Below, in pieces: positions 29,649-41,760 of a DNA stretch of 64,000 nucleotides (position 1 is the first letter of the stretch; each line of letters begins with the position of its first letter). Made by a program: the position numbers and the translations under genes. Under the pieces are notes generated by a model. The model worked only from the letters and a program-made list of their open reading frames with translations. It did no database searches and was not told the origin of the DNA. The stretch comes from Candidatus Hodarchaeota archaeon (GTDB taxonomy: Archaea; Asgardarchaeota; Lokiarchaeia; Sigyniarchaeales; SOKP01): positions 128,001 through 192,000 of the forward strand of contig JBHLJY010000003.1 of NCBI GenBank assembly GCA_048887225.1, in the 5' to 3' direction.

Positions 29649-31121
29649 TCATTTTGTAATAGGGGCTAATTTTCTAAAAATATTTAATTTTTGCTCAAGT
29701 AAATAAGCAATATTAAGAATCGTTTTTTCATCAAAATAATTTCCGATAATTTGAAAACCGATAGGTAATCCCTTACCATCAAATCCGCATGGAACTGATA
29801 ATGCTGGTAATCCTGCAAGATTAACGGGACAAGTTAAAATATCCATCATATACATCTGCAATGGGTCGTCTACTAACTCGCCAATTTTAAAGGCGGTTGT
29901 TGGCATTGTTGGGCAGACGATTGCGTCGCACTTCTTAAACGCGTTTTGAAAATCATTCCTAATCAAAGTCCGTACTTTTAGCGCTTTAATATAAAACATG
30001 TCGTAATAACCAGCTGATAAAGCGTACGTCCCTAATATTATTCTTCTTCTTACTTCAGGACCAAATTTTTCTCCACGAGTTTTACTAAATATTTCAAACA
30101 CATCTCCATTTGGAACTTCGGACATTTTTCCATGTCTCAATCCATCATACCTCTCTAAATTAGAACTTGCTTCACTCATTGCTATTAAGTAGTATGTAGG
30201 AATAGTATATTCAAGATGTGGTAATGAAATTTCAATTGTCTTAGCTCCAATACTCTTTAATATATCAATTGATTTATTTACAGAATTTTTAATGGAAGAA
30301 TTTACTCCCTCTCTAAAGAATTCCTTAGGAACGCCAAGAGTTTTATTTTCTATTGGTTTGTTTAATTCTTCAGTATATTTCTCAACTTTAATCTCAACAG
30401 AGGTTGAATCTAATGGATCCTTTCCAGCTATAATTTCCAATAATAATGCACAATCGTAAACACATCTGGTTATTGGCCCAATTTGATCTAAAGAATTTGC
30501 GTAAGAAACTAACCCATATCTCGAAACTCTGCCATATGTTGGTTTTAATCCTACAACTCCGCAATATGATGCTGGACATCTTATACTACCACCAGTGTCA
30601 CTACCTAAAGAAAAAATAACTTGTCCTGAGGCCACACACGATCCTGAACCTCCACTTGAACCTCCAGGTACGTATTCTAGATTCCATGGATTATATGTAG
30701 GACCATAACAGCTATTTTCCGTAGAGGAACCCATAGCAAACTCGTCCATATTTGTACGACCGATGGAGATTGCCCCTCTTTGTTTAATTAATCGTTCGAT
30801 AACTGTCGCATTATAAGGGGGATGATAACCTTCTAAAATTTTTGAACAACATGTTGTTGGATTATCTTTTATACATATGAGGTCCTTTATTGCAATTGGC
30901 ACTCCATACAGTTTCCCGATAGTTTTTCCATTTTTTAATTCTTTATCCTTTTGTTTTGCTTCGCTTATTGCTTTCTCTTTAGATACATGAACAAAAGAAT
31001 GTAAAAGATTATCTGTTTTTTCAATTCTATCAAGATAAAACCGAATAATTTCCTGAATTTGAATTTCTCTATTTTTAACTTTTTCAATTAACTCGTATCC
31101 CATGTATTCAAGGATATTCAT
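29649..31121 (-). CDS. gatA: Amidotransferase subunit A (glutaminase), intact copy
   Basis: AIKD, NMDEFAMGSS, GGSSGGS, GSDTGGSIR, SEASSNL, RRIILG. Confidence 0.95.
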   Translation of the reverse strand: MNILEYMGYELIEKVKNREIQIQEIIRFYLDRIEKTDNLLHSFVHVSKEKAISEAKQKDKELKNGKTIGKLYGVPIAIKDLICIKDNPTTCCSKILEGYHPPYNATVIERLIKQRGAISIGRTNMDEFAMGSSTENSCYGPTYNPWNLEYVPGGSSGGSGSCVASGQVIFSLGSDTGGSIRCPASYCGVVGLKPTYGRVSRYGLVSYANSLDQIGPITRCVYDCALLLEIIAGKDPLDSTSVEIKVEKYTEELNKPIENKTLGVPKEFFREGVNSSIKNSVNKSIDILKSIGAKTIEISLPHLEYTIPTYYLIAMSEASSNLERYDGLRHGKMSEVPNGDVFEIFSKTRGEKFGPEVRRRIILGTYALSAGYYDMFYIKALKVRTLIRNDFQNAFKKCDAIVCPTMPTTAFKIGELVDDPLQMYMMDILTCPVNLAGLPALSVPCGFDGKGLPIGFQIIGNYFDEKTILNIAYLLEQKLNIFRKLAPITK

Positions 31122-31263
31122 TTTAAAATAACCAAATAAATCAATAAATACTGTAGAATGATCTCAAGATTAGCTTATCTTTATAAATCATCTATTTCTA
31201 AAAAATTCATTTATTTATTTTTAAAATAAAAAAAAGAACAAATATATAATGGGCAGATATAAC

Positions 31264-31298
31264 TAATTACTCTTCATTTGAAAAATCAAGAGTAATTA
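31264..31298. promoter_or_regulatory. Perfect 11-bp inverted repeat with 13-nt spacer (operator or hairpin) upstream of gatA
   Basis: TAATTACTCTT-N13-AAGAGTAATTA. Confidence 0.45.
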
Positions 31299-31352
31299 TG
31301 AAAAATTTGATTATTTATGCTAATAATCGCACTCAAGAAACAGAGCGATTAA

Positions 31353-32153
31353 TTACTTAGAGAATTTTTTTTTATTCTTTTTCAAAAGATATTTAGAAAA
31401 AATGTTCATATATAAGCATTCTTCGGGAGGCATCTCTGTTGTGAATTTTGGATTTTCAGTAAATTCCACATTAGCTCCTCTGATTATAACTATAGGTGTT
31501 TGTTGATTTGCTTCGTTCAATAGAAATTGAGCCGCACTTGTGAGATCATCTGCTATCGCTCGCATAGTAATTTCTAAAGGTCTGCCATATAAATCTGGAT
31601 GACCTCTTAAATCCTCAACTGGTTCGAATCCTGCCGTTGCTATAGCAATGCCTATTGTTCCCTTTCTTAAAGGTTGGACTCTCGAATCTGCAAAAATAAC
31701 TCCAAGATCTTTTATGTTAAATTCCTCTCTTAATCTTTTCCAAAAATCCCAAACCTCTTTTTTAATATTTTTAGGTAGGAGAACTACATTATTAGGTCCA
31801 GCGTTAGATTGGTCAATTCCAGCATTCGCAATTAAGAAATCGTTAACTTTTGCTAATATTACGTGTCCTTGAGGTAGTCCTCCTAAAATCATAGATGCTT
31901 CTTTCAATATTAATTCCACATATCTCTCATCCATATTGCATATTTTAGCCATTTTTTTTGCTTTTTCTGATACGGTTTTTATACTAGATAAATTTATCAC
32001 GCGACCTTGAGAAGTGGCGATAATCTTTTCAGAAATTACAATAATATCTCCTTCTACCAGCGTTTCTTTATTGCTATTAATATAATTAATTAGGATCTCC
32101 AATAATGGATCATTTTTCTTAATTAATGGAAGCTTTATGGAAAAAAGATTCAT
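31353..32153 (-). CDS. cofE: CofE-family gamma-glutamate ligase (F420:Glu ligase or FolC2-like)
   Basis: GDIIVISEKI, ANAGIDQSN, ADSR..PLR.G, DLYGRPL, ADDL..AA. Confidence 0.82.
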   Translation of the reverse strand: MNLFSIKLPLIKKNDPLLEILINYINSNKETLVEGDIIVISEKIIATSQGRVINLSSIKTVSEKAKKMAKICNMDERYVELILKEASMILGGLPQGHVILAKVNDFLIANAGIDQSNAGPNNVVLLPKNIKKEVWDFWKRLREEFNIKDLGVIFADSRVQPLRKGTIGIAIATAGFEPVEDLRGHPDLYGRPLEITMRAIADDLTSAAQFLLNEANQQTPIVIIRGANVEFTENPKFTTEMPPEECLYMNIFSKYLLKKNKKKFSK

Positions 32154-32203
32154 AGTATAAAAAAAATTAAACTTATTTGATATACTTTTTTTCTTAACAA
32201 AAT

Positions 32204-33076
32204 ATGAGCAAGATTTATTTAAAATTATTTGATTTTTTAGAAATAGGCGACGATTATCCGACGATAATAATGGGTGTGTTAAATCTTAGTCCCGAATCTT
32301 TTTATCAAGGATCGGTATATGATAATTTAAATGATTTAGAGCAAATTTCACTAAAGATGATAAAAAATGGAGCAAAAATGCTCGATCTAGGGGCACGATC
32401 AACAGCTCCATGGTCACGAAAAATTACAATACAAGAAGAAATTAATCGTATCATACCTGCGATGGAATTACTTTGTAAAATAATACCAGATGACATCATT
32501 TTATCAATTGATACCCAATATAGAAAAGTTGCAGAACCTTGTTATGAAATCGCTATTAAATCAAATAAAAAAATAATATTGAATGACGTTAGTTGTTTGA
32601 AAACAGATCCTACATTAGGAGTATTCATAGTTGATCAAAATCTCCCTATAATCTTAATGGCATCTAAAAATATTCCTGGGGATTGTTTAACCATTACTGA
32701 AATAATTAAAGAATTTGAATTAACTATTAAAAATTTACAATCAATAGGTTATAATGAAAACCTTGTTATTTTAGACCCGGGAATTGGTCATTGGATTAAA
32801 GAAAAAACACATATATATGATTTAAAAATAATAAATAATTTAAATCAGCTACGAAAATTACAAAAACCTATCTTGGTTGCGATATCAAGGAAATCCTTCA
32901 TAGGTTCTACCTTAAATCTTAAAGATCCATTAAAACCAGAAGATCGATATAATGGTACTCTTTCTGCTACAGCAATAGCAGTTTTTAATGGGGTTCATAT
33001 TGTTCGAACTCATGATATTAATAATCAACTCTTAGAAATCGTTAAAATTGCAGAGGAAATTAGAAGAAATAAATAG
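32204..33076 (+). CDS. folP: Dihydropteroate synthase
   Basis: MGVLNLSPESF, DLGARST.P, SIDT, NDVS, DPGIG, SRKSF, RTHD. Confidence 0.9.
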   Translation: MSKIYLKLFDFLEIGDDYPTIIMGVLNLSPESFYQGSVYDNLNDLEQISLKMIKNGAKMLDLGARSTAPWSRKITIQEEINRIIPAMELLCKIIPDDIILSIDTQYRKVAEPCYEIAIKSNKKIILNDVSCLKTDPTLGVFIVDQNLPIILMASKNIPGDCLTITEIIKEFELTIKNLQSIGYNENLVILDPGIGHWIKEKTHIYDLKIINNLNQLRKLQKPILVAISRKSFIGSTLNLKDPLKPEDRYNGTLSATAIAVFNGVHIVRTHDINNQLLEIVKIAEEIRRNK

Positions 33077-33284
33077 ATCTTAATACTTTTCGCGATTTAG
33101 TAAAGTCTTAAAATATGGATTCTAAATTAAAATTCTGTGAAAAATGAAATAAATTTTTGAAAATACTAGAGAAGATATACAACTTAATTAAGATAATCTA
33201 TAAATTTTATGATCTCCCTTTTTTGATTGATGGAAAACTGTGCAAACATTAATAAATTAGTAAAACATATATATATTATTGTAA

Positions 33285-35372
<2,088 letters not shown>

Positions 35373-35423
35373 TTTTATAAGTTTTTTTTCAATTTTAATT
35401 AAAAGTTAAAAAAGGTCTTAAAC

Positions 35424-37853
35424 TTGGTTATTGAAAGAATCAAAGATGTTTCTCTTAAGGATGAAATGCAAAGTAGTTATATAAACTATGCAATGTCAGT
35501 CGTTGTCGGTAGAGCAATTCCAGATGTAAGAGATGGATTAAAACATGTTCATCGTAGATTAATTTATGCCATGGTTAATAATAATTGGTTTTACAATAGC
35601 CCTCATGTAAAGTGTGCCAAAATCGTTGGTGAAACTTTAGGTAATTATCATCCTCATGGTGATGTTGCAGTGTATAATGCTCTTGTAAGATTGGCTCAAA
35701 ATTTTTCTTTAAGATATCCTCTAATAGATTCTCAAGGAAATTTTGGATCAATTGATGGAGACCCCCCAGCAGCTTATAGATATACAGAAGCACGACTCTC
35801 AGAAATAGCAAATGAATTGATTGAAGATATTAGGAAAGAAGTCGTAGAATTTCAGGCGAATTTTGATGATAGTAAAGTGGAACCAAAATTTTTACCTGCG
35901 AAGCTCCCAAATATTCTGATTAATGGTACTAAAGGAATTGCAGTTGGTATGGCTACTTCAATGCCTCCTCATAATCTAATGGAAATATGTCAAGGAATAA
36001 TCTCAACTATCGATAATTCAGATATCTCCATTGAAGAACTTATGGAGGTAATAAAAGGACCAGATTTTCCAACTGGTGGTATTATTTCTGATACTACAGG
36101 TATTTATAACGCATATTCGACTGGATTAGGGAATGTTCCTATTAGAGGTAAAATTGAATCCGAAACTAAGGGTAAAAAAAATAATTTAATAATTACTGAG
36201 ATTCCTTATTTAGTAAATAAATCGTCTTTAATTGAAAGAATTGCTAAGCTTATAAAAGATGGCGTCTTAAAAGATGTTAGAGACTTGAGGGACGAGTCAG
36301 ACAGAAAAGGAATGCGCATTGTATTAGAATTAAGAAAAAAAGCACAACCCATCATAATTAAAAATATCTTATTTAAACACACAAACCTTCATACCAATTT
36401 TAATATAATCAATTTAGTTTTAATAAATGAAGCCAAACAACCAAAAATTCTTAATTTAAAGGAATTAATCGAGGAATATATTAATCATCGTCTTAATATT
36501 GTCTATAAAAGAACGGAGTTTGATTTAAAAAGAGCTCAGAATAGATTGCATATAGTTGAAGGCCTCTTAATCGCATTAAGCAATATAGACAAGATTATAA
36601 CTATTATTAAAAACGCTAAAGATACTGAAGAAGCAAAAATTGGCTTAATAAAAGCTTATGAATTCAGTATTATTCAAGTAAAATCGATTCTAAATATGCC
36701 CCTTTCTAAATTAACTAGTTTGGAACAAAAAAAATTTGAAGACGAAAAAAAAGATTTAATTAAAAAAGTTGAAGAACTCCAGAAAATCTTAGAAAGTAAA
36801 CAAATACGGTTAAATATTATAAAAAATGAGTTAACTGAATTGAGCAAAAAATATGGGGATGAACGCCGAACGCAAATAGTTGAACAAGAAGAAATTGGTC
36901 AAATAGAAAAGAAAGATCTAATTAAAAAAGAGCCTACGATTGTTATTTTTACTAAAAATCATTATATTAAGAGAGTCTCATTAGAAGAGTATCGTACTCA
37001 AAGAAGAGGAGGTCGCGGAAAAAAAGGTATGACTGTAAATGAAGAAGACTTTATAATGGATTTATTTGTATGTTCTACACACGATACTATTTTATTCTTT
37101 ACTTCGAAAGGGAGAGTTTATACATTAAAAACTTTTGAAATTCCTTTACAAAGGCGAACTGCTAAAGGTAAACCAATAGTAAATCTAATAAAAATAAAAG
37201 AAGATGAGGAGATTTCAGAGATGATTCCCATTAATAATTTTAATACAGGTGAAATGCTCATAATGGTTACTAAAAATGGTATAGTAAAAAAAACACCGTT
37301 AAAATACTTCTCTAAAGTAAAAAGAAGTGGGGTTAGAGCTCAAATAATAAGACAGTACGATAAATTAGTTAGCGTTAAAAAACTTTTGAATGAGCTCCAA
37401 GATATATTTATAGCAACCAAGAAAGGTTATGCGATTAGATTTGATGAATCTGAATTAAGAGAACTTGGGAGAAATACAATGGGTGTAAAAGGCGCAGATT
37501 TAAGGGAGGGTGATGAAGTAATTGAAGGTCTTCTAGTTTCTGATGATGAAATTGTTTTAACTCTAACTGAAAATGGATATGGACAAAGAACATATATTAA
37601 GGAATATCGAAAAACGGGTAGAGGCGCAAAAGGAGTAATAAATATTACTCTCAATGAAGATGGAAACGATAATGTAATAGCAATAAAAATTGCTAAAGAA
37701 GATCTGCTGATTGGAAGCGAGCAGGGGCAGGTGATTAGATTGTCTGTTGAATCTATAAGAATAACACACAGAAAAGCAAAGGGCGTAAAAGTTATTAATC
37801 TTTATGAGAACGATTCTGTATGCGCAATTGGAAAATGTGCCGAAGAAGATTAA
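35424..37853 (+). CDS. gyrA: DNA gyrase subunit A
   Basis: RAIPDVRDGLK, HPHGD, AAYRYTEAR (catalytic Tyr), GyrA-box QRRGGRG, C-terminal pinwheel repeats. Confidence 0.96.
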   Translation: MVIERIKDVSLKDEMQSSYINYAMSVVVGRAIPDVRDGLKHVHRRLIYAMVNNNWFYNSPHVKCAKIVGETLGNYHPHGDVAVYNALVRLAQNFSLRYPLIDSQGNFGSIDGDPPAAYRYTEARLSEIANELIEDIRKEVVEFQANFDDSKVEPKFLPAKLPNILINGTKGIAVGMATSMPPHNLMEICQGIISTIDNSDISIEELMEVIKGPDFPTGGIISDTTGIYNAYSTGLGNVPIRGKIESETKGKKNNLIITEIPYLVNKSSLIERIAKLIKDGVLKDVRDLRDESDRKGMRIVLELRKKAQPIIIKNILFKHTNLHTNFNIINLVLINEAKQPKILNLKELIEEYINHRLNIVYKRTEFDLKRAQNRLHIVEGLLIALSNIDKIITIIKNAKDTEEAKIGLIKAYEFSIIQVKSILNMPLSKLTSLEQKKFEDEKKDLIKKVEELQKILESKQIRLNIIKNELTELSKKYGDERRTQIVEQEEIGQIEKKDLIKKEPTIVIFTKNHYIKRVSLEEYRTQRRGGRGKKGMTVNEEDFIMDLFVCSTHDTILFFTSKGRVYTLKTFEIPLQRRTAKGKPIVNLIKIKEDEEISEMIPINNFNTGEMLIMVTKNGIVKKTPLKYFSKVKRSGVRAQIIRQYDKLVSVKKLLNELQDIFIATKKGYAIRFDESELRELGRNTMGVKGADLREGDEVIEGLLVSDDEIVLTLTENGYGQRTYIKEYRKTGRGAKGVINITLNEDGNDNVIAIKIAKEDLLIGSEQGQVIRLSVESIRITHRKAKGVKVINLYENDSVCAIGKCAEED

Positions 37854-37901
37854 TACTAAAACGTTTAAACCCTAGATCTCTATTAATAATAGTGGGAATT
37901 T

Positions 37902-38432
37902 ATGATACAAGCAGAAAAAGACGAATTATTAATTGGATTAATATCTGATACACACATTCCTTCCCGTCGTCTGGAAATTCCTGAGATTATTATTGAAGAT
38001 TTTAAAGAAAATCAAATTGACTATTTGTTTCATTTAGGTGATTATGAAAGATTTAAAGTATATCAAAATCTTTTAAATACTTTTGGAAAAGATAAAGTAA
38101 TAGGGATATTAGGCAATATGGACGATTACAAATTGAGGAAATTTTTACCCGAAAAACTCGAATTTGAACTATATGGACGTAAAATTTTTATGACTCATGG
38201 CACTGGAGGTCCTAACATAATAATTAAAAGATTAAATAGAAATCACGATCTTTCGAAATACGATGTTATCATTTTTGGACATGTTCATTGTCCATACAAC
38301 GAAGTTTGGAAAGATGGTAAATTGTATCTTAATCCTGGTACTCCAACTGATAAAAAATTTACAAATATAAATTCTTACGGATACCTTAAAATTTCAAAAA
38401 ATAAATTAGAACCTAAAATTATTTATTTATAG
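37902..38432 (+). CDS. YfcE/MJ0936 family metallophosphoesterase
   Basis: SDTH, HLGD, GNMD, THG, GHVH, NPG. Confidence 0.88.
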   Translation: MIQAEKDELLIGLISDTHIPSRRLEIPEIIIEDFKENQIDYLFHLGDYERFKVYQNLLNTFGKDKVIGILGNMDDYKLRKFLPEKLEFELYGRKIFMTHGTGGPNIIIKRLNRNHDLSKYDVIIFGHVHCPYNEVWKDGKLYLNPGTPTDKKFTNINSYGYLKISKNKLEPKIIYL

Positions 38433-38521
38433 TATCTGTGAATATTATCTTTTTAATAAGAGGGAAAACAAATTATTTTAAAAAAAATTACGCTTTTATA
38501 AATAAAGAAACAAATTTAGCT

Positions 38522-39142
38522 TTAAGCAGCACTTTCCATTGATGTACCGGAAAGTTTCTTATAATGGTTTAATACTGCTTGTCGTGCTGCGTATACGAAG
38601 GCTCTCTTCACGTTTATTCCAGTAATTGCTATTGTTTCGTAGATGAGACAGTGTGTGAGCTTAGCTGTATCTAAAACAGTTCTAATCTTAGCTATCTCCA
38701 CTAGGTCTTCTAAATCACGTTTATTAGCTAATAAAACTAATGGTACTTCAGGAGTAGGGTCATCTGGACTTGGAGGGATTAATTTATTTCCATAAAATTT
38801 TAACAATTCTTTCAAACTCCATATATTTTCCTCCCATTGGTCTATTAAAGAATCCCATGTAAAGATTACTGCATCAGTCCCTTTTAAAACAGTCTGTCTT
38901 TGGAATTTATGTCTACGCTGACCAGCGACAGTATAAACTTGAAAAACCACATTTGAAACTCTTGCTACGACACGATCAAAGAATAGAGTACGGCCTGTAG
39001 GATCTTGTATTTGTTGCATATCTCCTGATGCTAAACCTTCTCGATTGTAGACCCATTCTAGGGCTGTAGTTTTACCTCCAAGGCTTGGCCCATAAAAACA
39101 AATTTTGAAAACAAGTGTTCCATCCCCACGACGTGATGGCAT
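38522..39142 (-). CDS. MglA-like small GTPase
   Basis: GPSLGGKTT, GRTLFFD, TVAGQ, NKRD, ETIA. Confidence 0.88.
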   Translation of the reverse strand: MPSRRGDGTLVFKICFYGPSLGGKTTALEWVYNREGLASGDMQQIQDPTGRTLFFDRVVARVSNVVFQVYTVAGQRRHKFQRQTVLKGTDAVIFTWDSLIDQWEENIWSLKELLKFYGNKLIPPSPDDPTPEVPLVLLANKRDLEDLVEIAKIRTVLDTAKLTHCLIYETIAITGINVKRAFVYAARQAVLNHYKKLSGTSMESAA

Positions 39143-39259
39143 TTAAATGAGAACCTCAAATTTATTTTTCGAAAAATATTTTTTCTCTAATATTAAATCA
39201 AAAAAACTCATGAAATTTAAAAATTTGCTAAAACAAAAAAAAATAAAGAAAGAATTTTT

Positions 39260-41464
39260 TTAATAGTTAAAGACAATTTGATCTACGATATTATTTAGCG
39301 CATTTAATTTTTGAGTAATAATTATTTTTACTTTTTCTGTATTTATATCGGGATTTTTCATAAAAAGATCTTTTACAATAGATTCGCACTTAATTGCTTT
39401 TCTAGCTAATATTTTATGAGATTTGTTTGTTTTATCATATAGAGGTATTGGAAATGAGAATGGTCTTTTATGAATGTGTCTAGAACTCTTTATAAGTTTG
39501 ATATTTTTAGATAAAATTGGTGTGTTAAGAATGGCACATAAGTAATAAGCCTCTTCTTTAGAATCAGTCGAAAAATAATAATTTTCGGAGCTAACAACAA
39601 TTTTATTTTTTACGTTTTTAATTACTGCTGCTTTTAGATTAGATCCACTAGCATTATAAACGATTATATAATTTTTATTATCAATCTGTTTGGATAATTT
39701 ATTCCAATAATTTAAATTAGAGAATAACGTCTCAATGTTGCTTGTTTTTTTCTTTTTTGCTTGATATATATTGTTCATTTCGTTATAAAAGTTCATTGCG
39801 TATGTATATTGGTTAAGATATTCAAAATTAAATTTAAATTGATTATTAACGGGTAAGAAAACGTTTCGCTTACGTTTTAAAAGAAAAGGAATTAAATCTT
39901 TATTTAAAAACGTTTTATATTGAAAGCTTACTTCAATTTTTTTGTTTTGAAAATAATATTTCCAATTCTTTTTTGCTCTTGAATATATATCAGGATCGGT
40001 TGAGATTTCTAAATAATTATCGTCTTTTTTCTCTATTCGAAAAAACACAAGAGTTCTTGGAACTAACGTTGCTCCTTGGAAGAATTTGTTTTTATATCGA
40101 CTAACTGAGATTTTATTTATAATTTTTAATTGAGGTTCTGGAAGTATTAGCTTTACACCTTTTTTTTCGATTTTTAGACTCGAATAGTACGTTTGTTCAT
40201 AAAGCTCTAAATCATCGTTAAACACCTTAGCTTTAATCGGATATTTGTCTTTTATAGAAATCTTACTATCCTTACCAATATACTCCGCTTTCAAACAGAT
40301 ATGATTTATATTGAAAAAATAATTAGTAGGAAAATCCCAAATTTCTATATTATTAAATAACGAAAATGATCGAAATTTATAACAATGATCCCCGTTTAAG
40401 ACGCTTTTAGTAATTACAAAGAATATTTTACCTCCAATTTTTAAGAATTTTGTTGATGTATAAAAGAATAAAGTAGCTATTTCTATATGTGTGATGTATT
40501 GGCTAAGTGGTTTGATTCCAAATTCTTCTGCTAAATCACGAATTTTAATTTGATAATCTTTATCACTAATATCTTTATAAGTTAACCAAGGTGGATTTCC
40601 TATTATCAGATCAAAAGAATTATATAAATTTTTTAAGTTTATAAACATCAAATTTTCGTAATGCTGAGGAAATAGCGAATCTATTACATAAACATTAATA
40701 TTTGGGAGGATATCTTTCTGTGTGTCAAAATATTCTAAAAAAATTAAAAGAATATTGACTTTTGCTGTCATAGTTGCTAAAGGATTAATATCAAACCCGA
40801 ATACATTATTAATTGCTTTTTGTTTTAATTTATTTGGATTCTCAGAATTAAGGATTTTAACAATTATCTTAATTAAAAAATTTCCCGAACCGCAAGCTGG
40901 ATCTAAAACTTTTAAACCAACATTATAAGAATCGTCTACCATTTTACGAACGAGGTTAGAAGGAGTGTAGAACTCTCCTATTTTATGTCTAGTTATGGTG
41001 AAAAATATTTGCTGGTAGATATCAAGAAATAAATCTTCATAAGCCAAACTGGTAGATTCAATTATATTATATATTTTTTCAAATAGTTTCTTGTTGAAAT
41101 TTGTCCAATTATAGAAATAACCGAATTCAAACAGGTTGAATGCTTCTAGATTATTATTCTTACAATCATCGTAGCATTCTTCAAAATCGATATTTTGAAT
41201 AAAAGAGAGTTTTATTATTATCAAGGATTTCAATAACAAGGCAAAATATGTATGTTTCAAGAAAAGATCTGAGCTTAAAGATTCAGATTCACCAAAAATA
41301 TTCTTGAAAGTCTTATTCCATTGTTGAAATTTTACTTCAAATTCTTTTTTCTTGGATAAGGTTTTTTTTTCAAAATATTTCATTGATTCGTAGAAAAATT
41401 TTGAACTTAGACCAAAAAATTTAGCAATATCTTCACTACCTATAAGCTTTTTAGTACTAACCAT
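39260..41464 (-). CDS. N6-adenine DNA methyltransferase with C-terminal TRD (type IIG/Eco57I-like M-S part, no evident nuclease domain)
   Basis: GEFYTP, LDPACGSGNFL, GFDINPLA, IGNPPW; C-terminal YYL.AILN TRD-like region. Confidence 0.82.
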   Translation of the reverse strand: MVSTKKLIGSEDIAKFFGLSSKFFYESMKYFEKKTLSKKKEFEVKFQQWNKTFKNIFGESESLSSDLFLKHTYFALLLKSLIIIKLSFIQNIDFEECYDDCKNNNLEAFNLFEFGYFYNWTNFNKKLFEKIYNIIESTSLAYEDLFLDIYQQIFFTITRHKIGEFYTPSNLVRKMVDDSYNVGLKVLDPACGSGNFLIKIIVKILNSENPNKLKQKAINNVFGFDINPLATMTAKVNILLIFLEYFDTQKDILPNINVYVIDSLFPQHYENLMFINLKNLYNSFDLIIGNPPWLTYKDISDKDYQIKIRDLAEEFGIKPLSQYITHIEIATLFFYTSTKFLKIGGKIFFVITKSVLNGDHCYKFRSFSLFNNIEIWDFPTNYFFNINHICLKAEYIGKDSKISIKDKYPIKAKVFNDDLELYEQTYYSSLKIEKKGVKLILPEPQLKIINKISVSRYKNKFFQGATLVPRTLVFFRIEKKDDNYLEISTDPDIYSRAKKNWKYYFQNKKIEVSFQYKTFLNKDLIPFLLKRKRNVFLPVNNQFKFNFEYLNQYTYAMNFYNEMNNIYQAKKKKTSNIETLFSNLNYWNKLSKQIDNKNYIIVYNASGSNLKAAVIKNVKNKIVVSSENYYFSTDSKEEAYYLCAILNTPILSKNIKLIKSSRHIHKRPFSFPIPLYDKTNKSHKILARKAIKCESIVKDLFMKNPDINTEKVKIIITQKLNALNNIVDQIVFNY

Positions 41465-41493
41465 CCTATTTCAAAAATCTGTTTTCTTTACTC

Positions 41494-41664
41494 TTAACCA
41501 ACCTTTATTAAAATCCAATCTAAATAATTTAAATCATAAATATTGTTATTAGAAGAATTATTTCTTTCTTCAGTTTTATATAAAGATGTATCATTGGTGA
41601 TAGAATTTAGCGCTGGCGTTATATTAAGCTTTTTAGCATTTATTGCTTTCTTATTCTTATCCAT
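41494..41664 (-). CDS. Possible small 56-aa protein (MDKNKK...LIKVG)
   Basis: ATG preceded by AGGA, in the gap between co-oriented genes; below the ORF-track cutoff. Confidence 0.25.
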   Translation of the reverse strand: MDKNKKAINAKKLNITPALNSITNDTSLYKTEERNNSSNNNIYDLNYLDWILIKVG

Positions 41665-41760
41665 AAGTAAATCCTATCTAGATTTTTGAGATTGAAAAGA
41701 AGCGATTTGAATTAATTTTTTATTTTCTTATATTTATAACTTTAAAAATTATAAGGTTTG

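Noticed and set aside
25054-31121. gatAB duplication as an assembly artefact, or gatB2 as GatE
   Set aside because: Copies are substantially diverged in sequence; GatB2 is GatB-sized and lacks the AspRS-like insertion of GatE
37902-38432. Calling the phosphoesterase a retromer Vps29 orthologue
   Set aside because: All metal ligands of the widespread prokaryotic YfcE/MJ0936 family are retained; nothing specifically Vps29-like can be shown by eye
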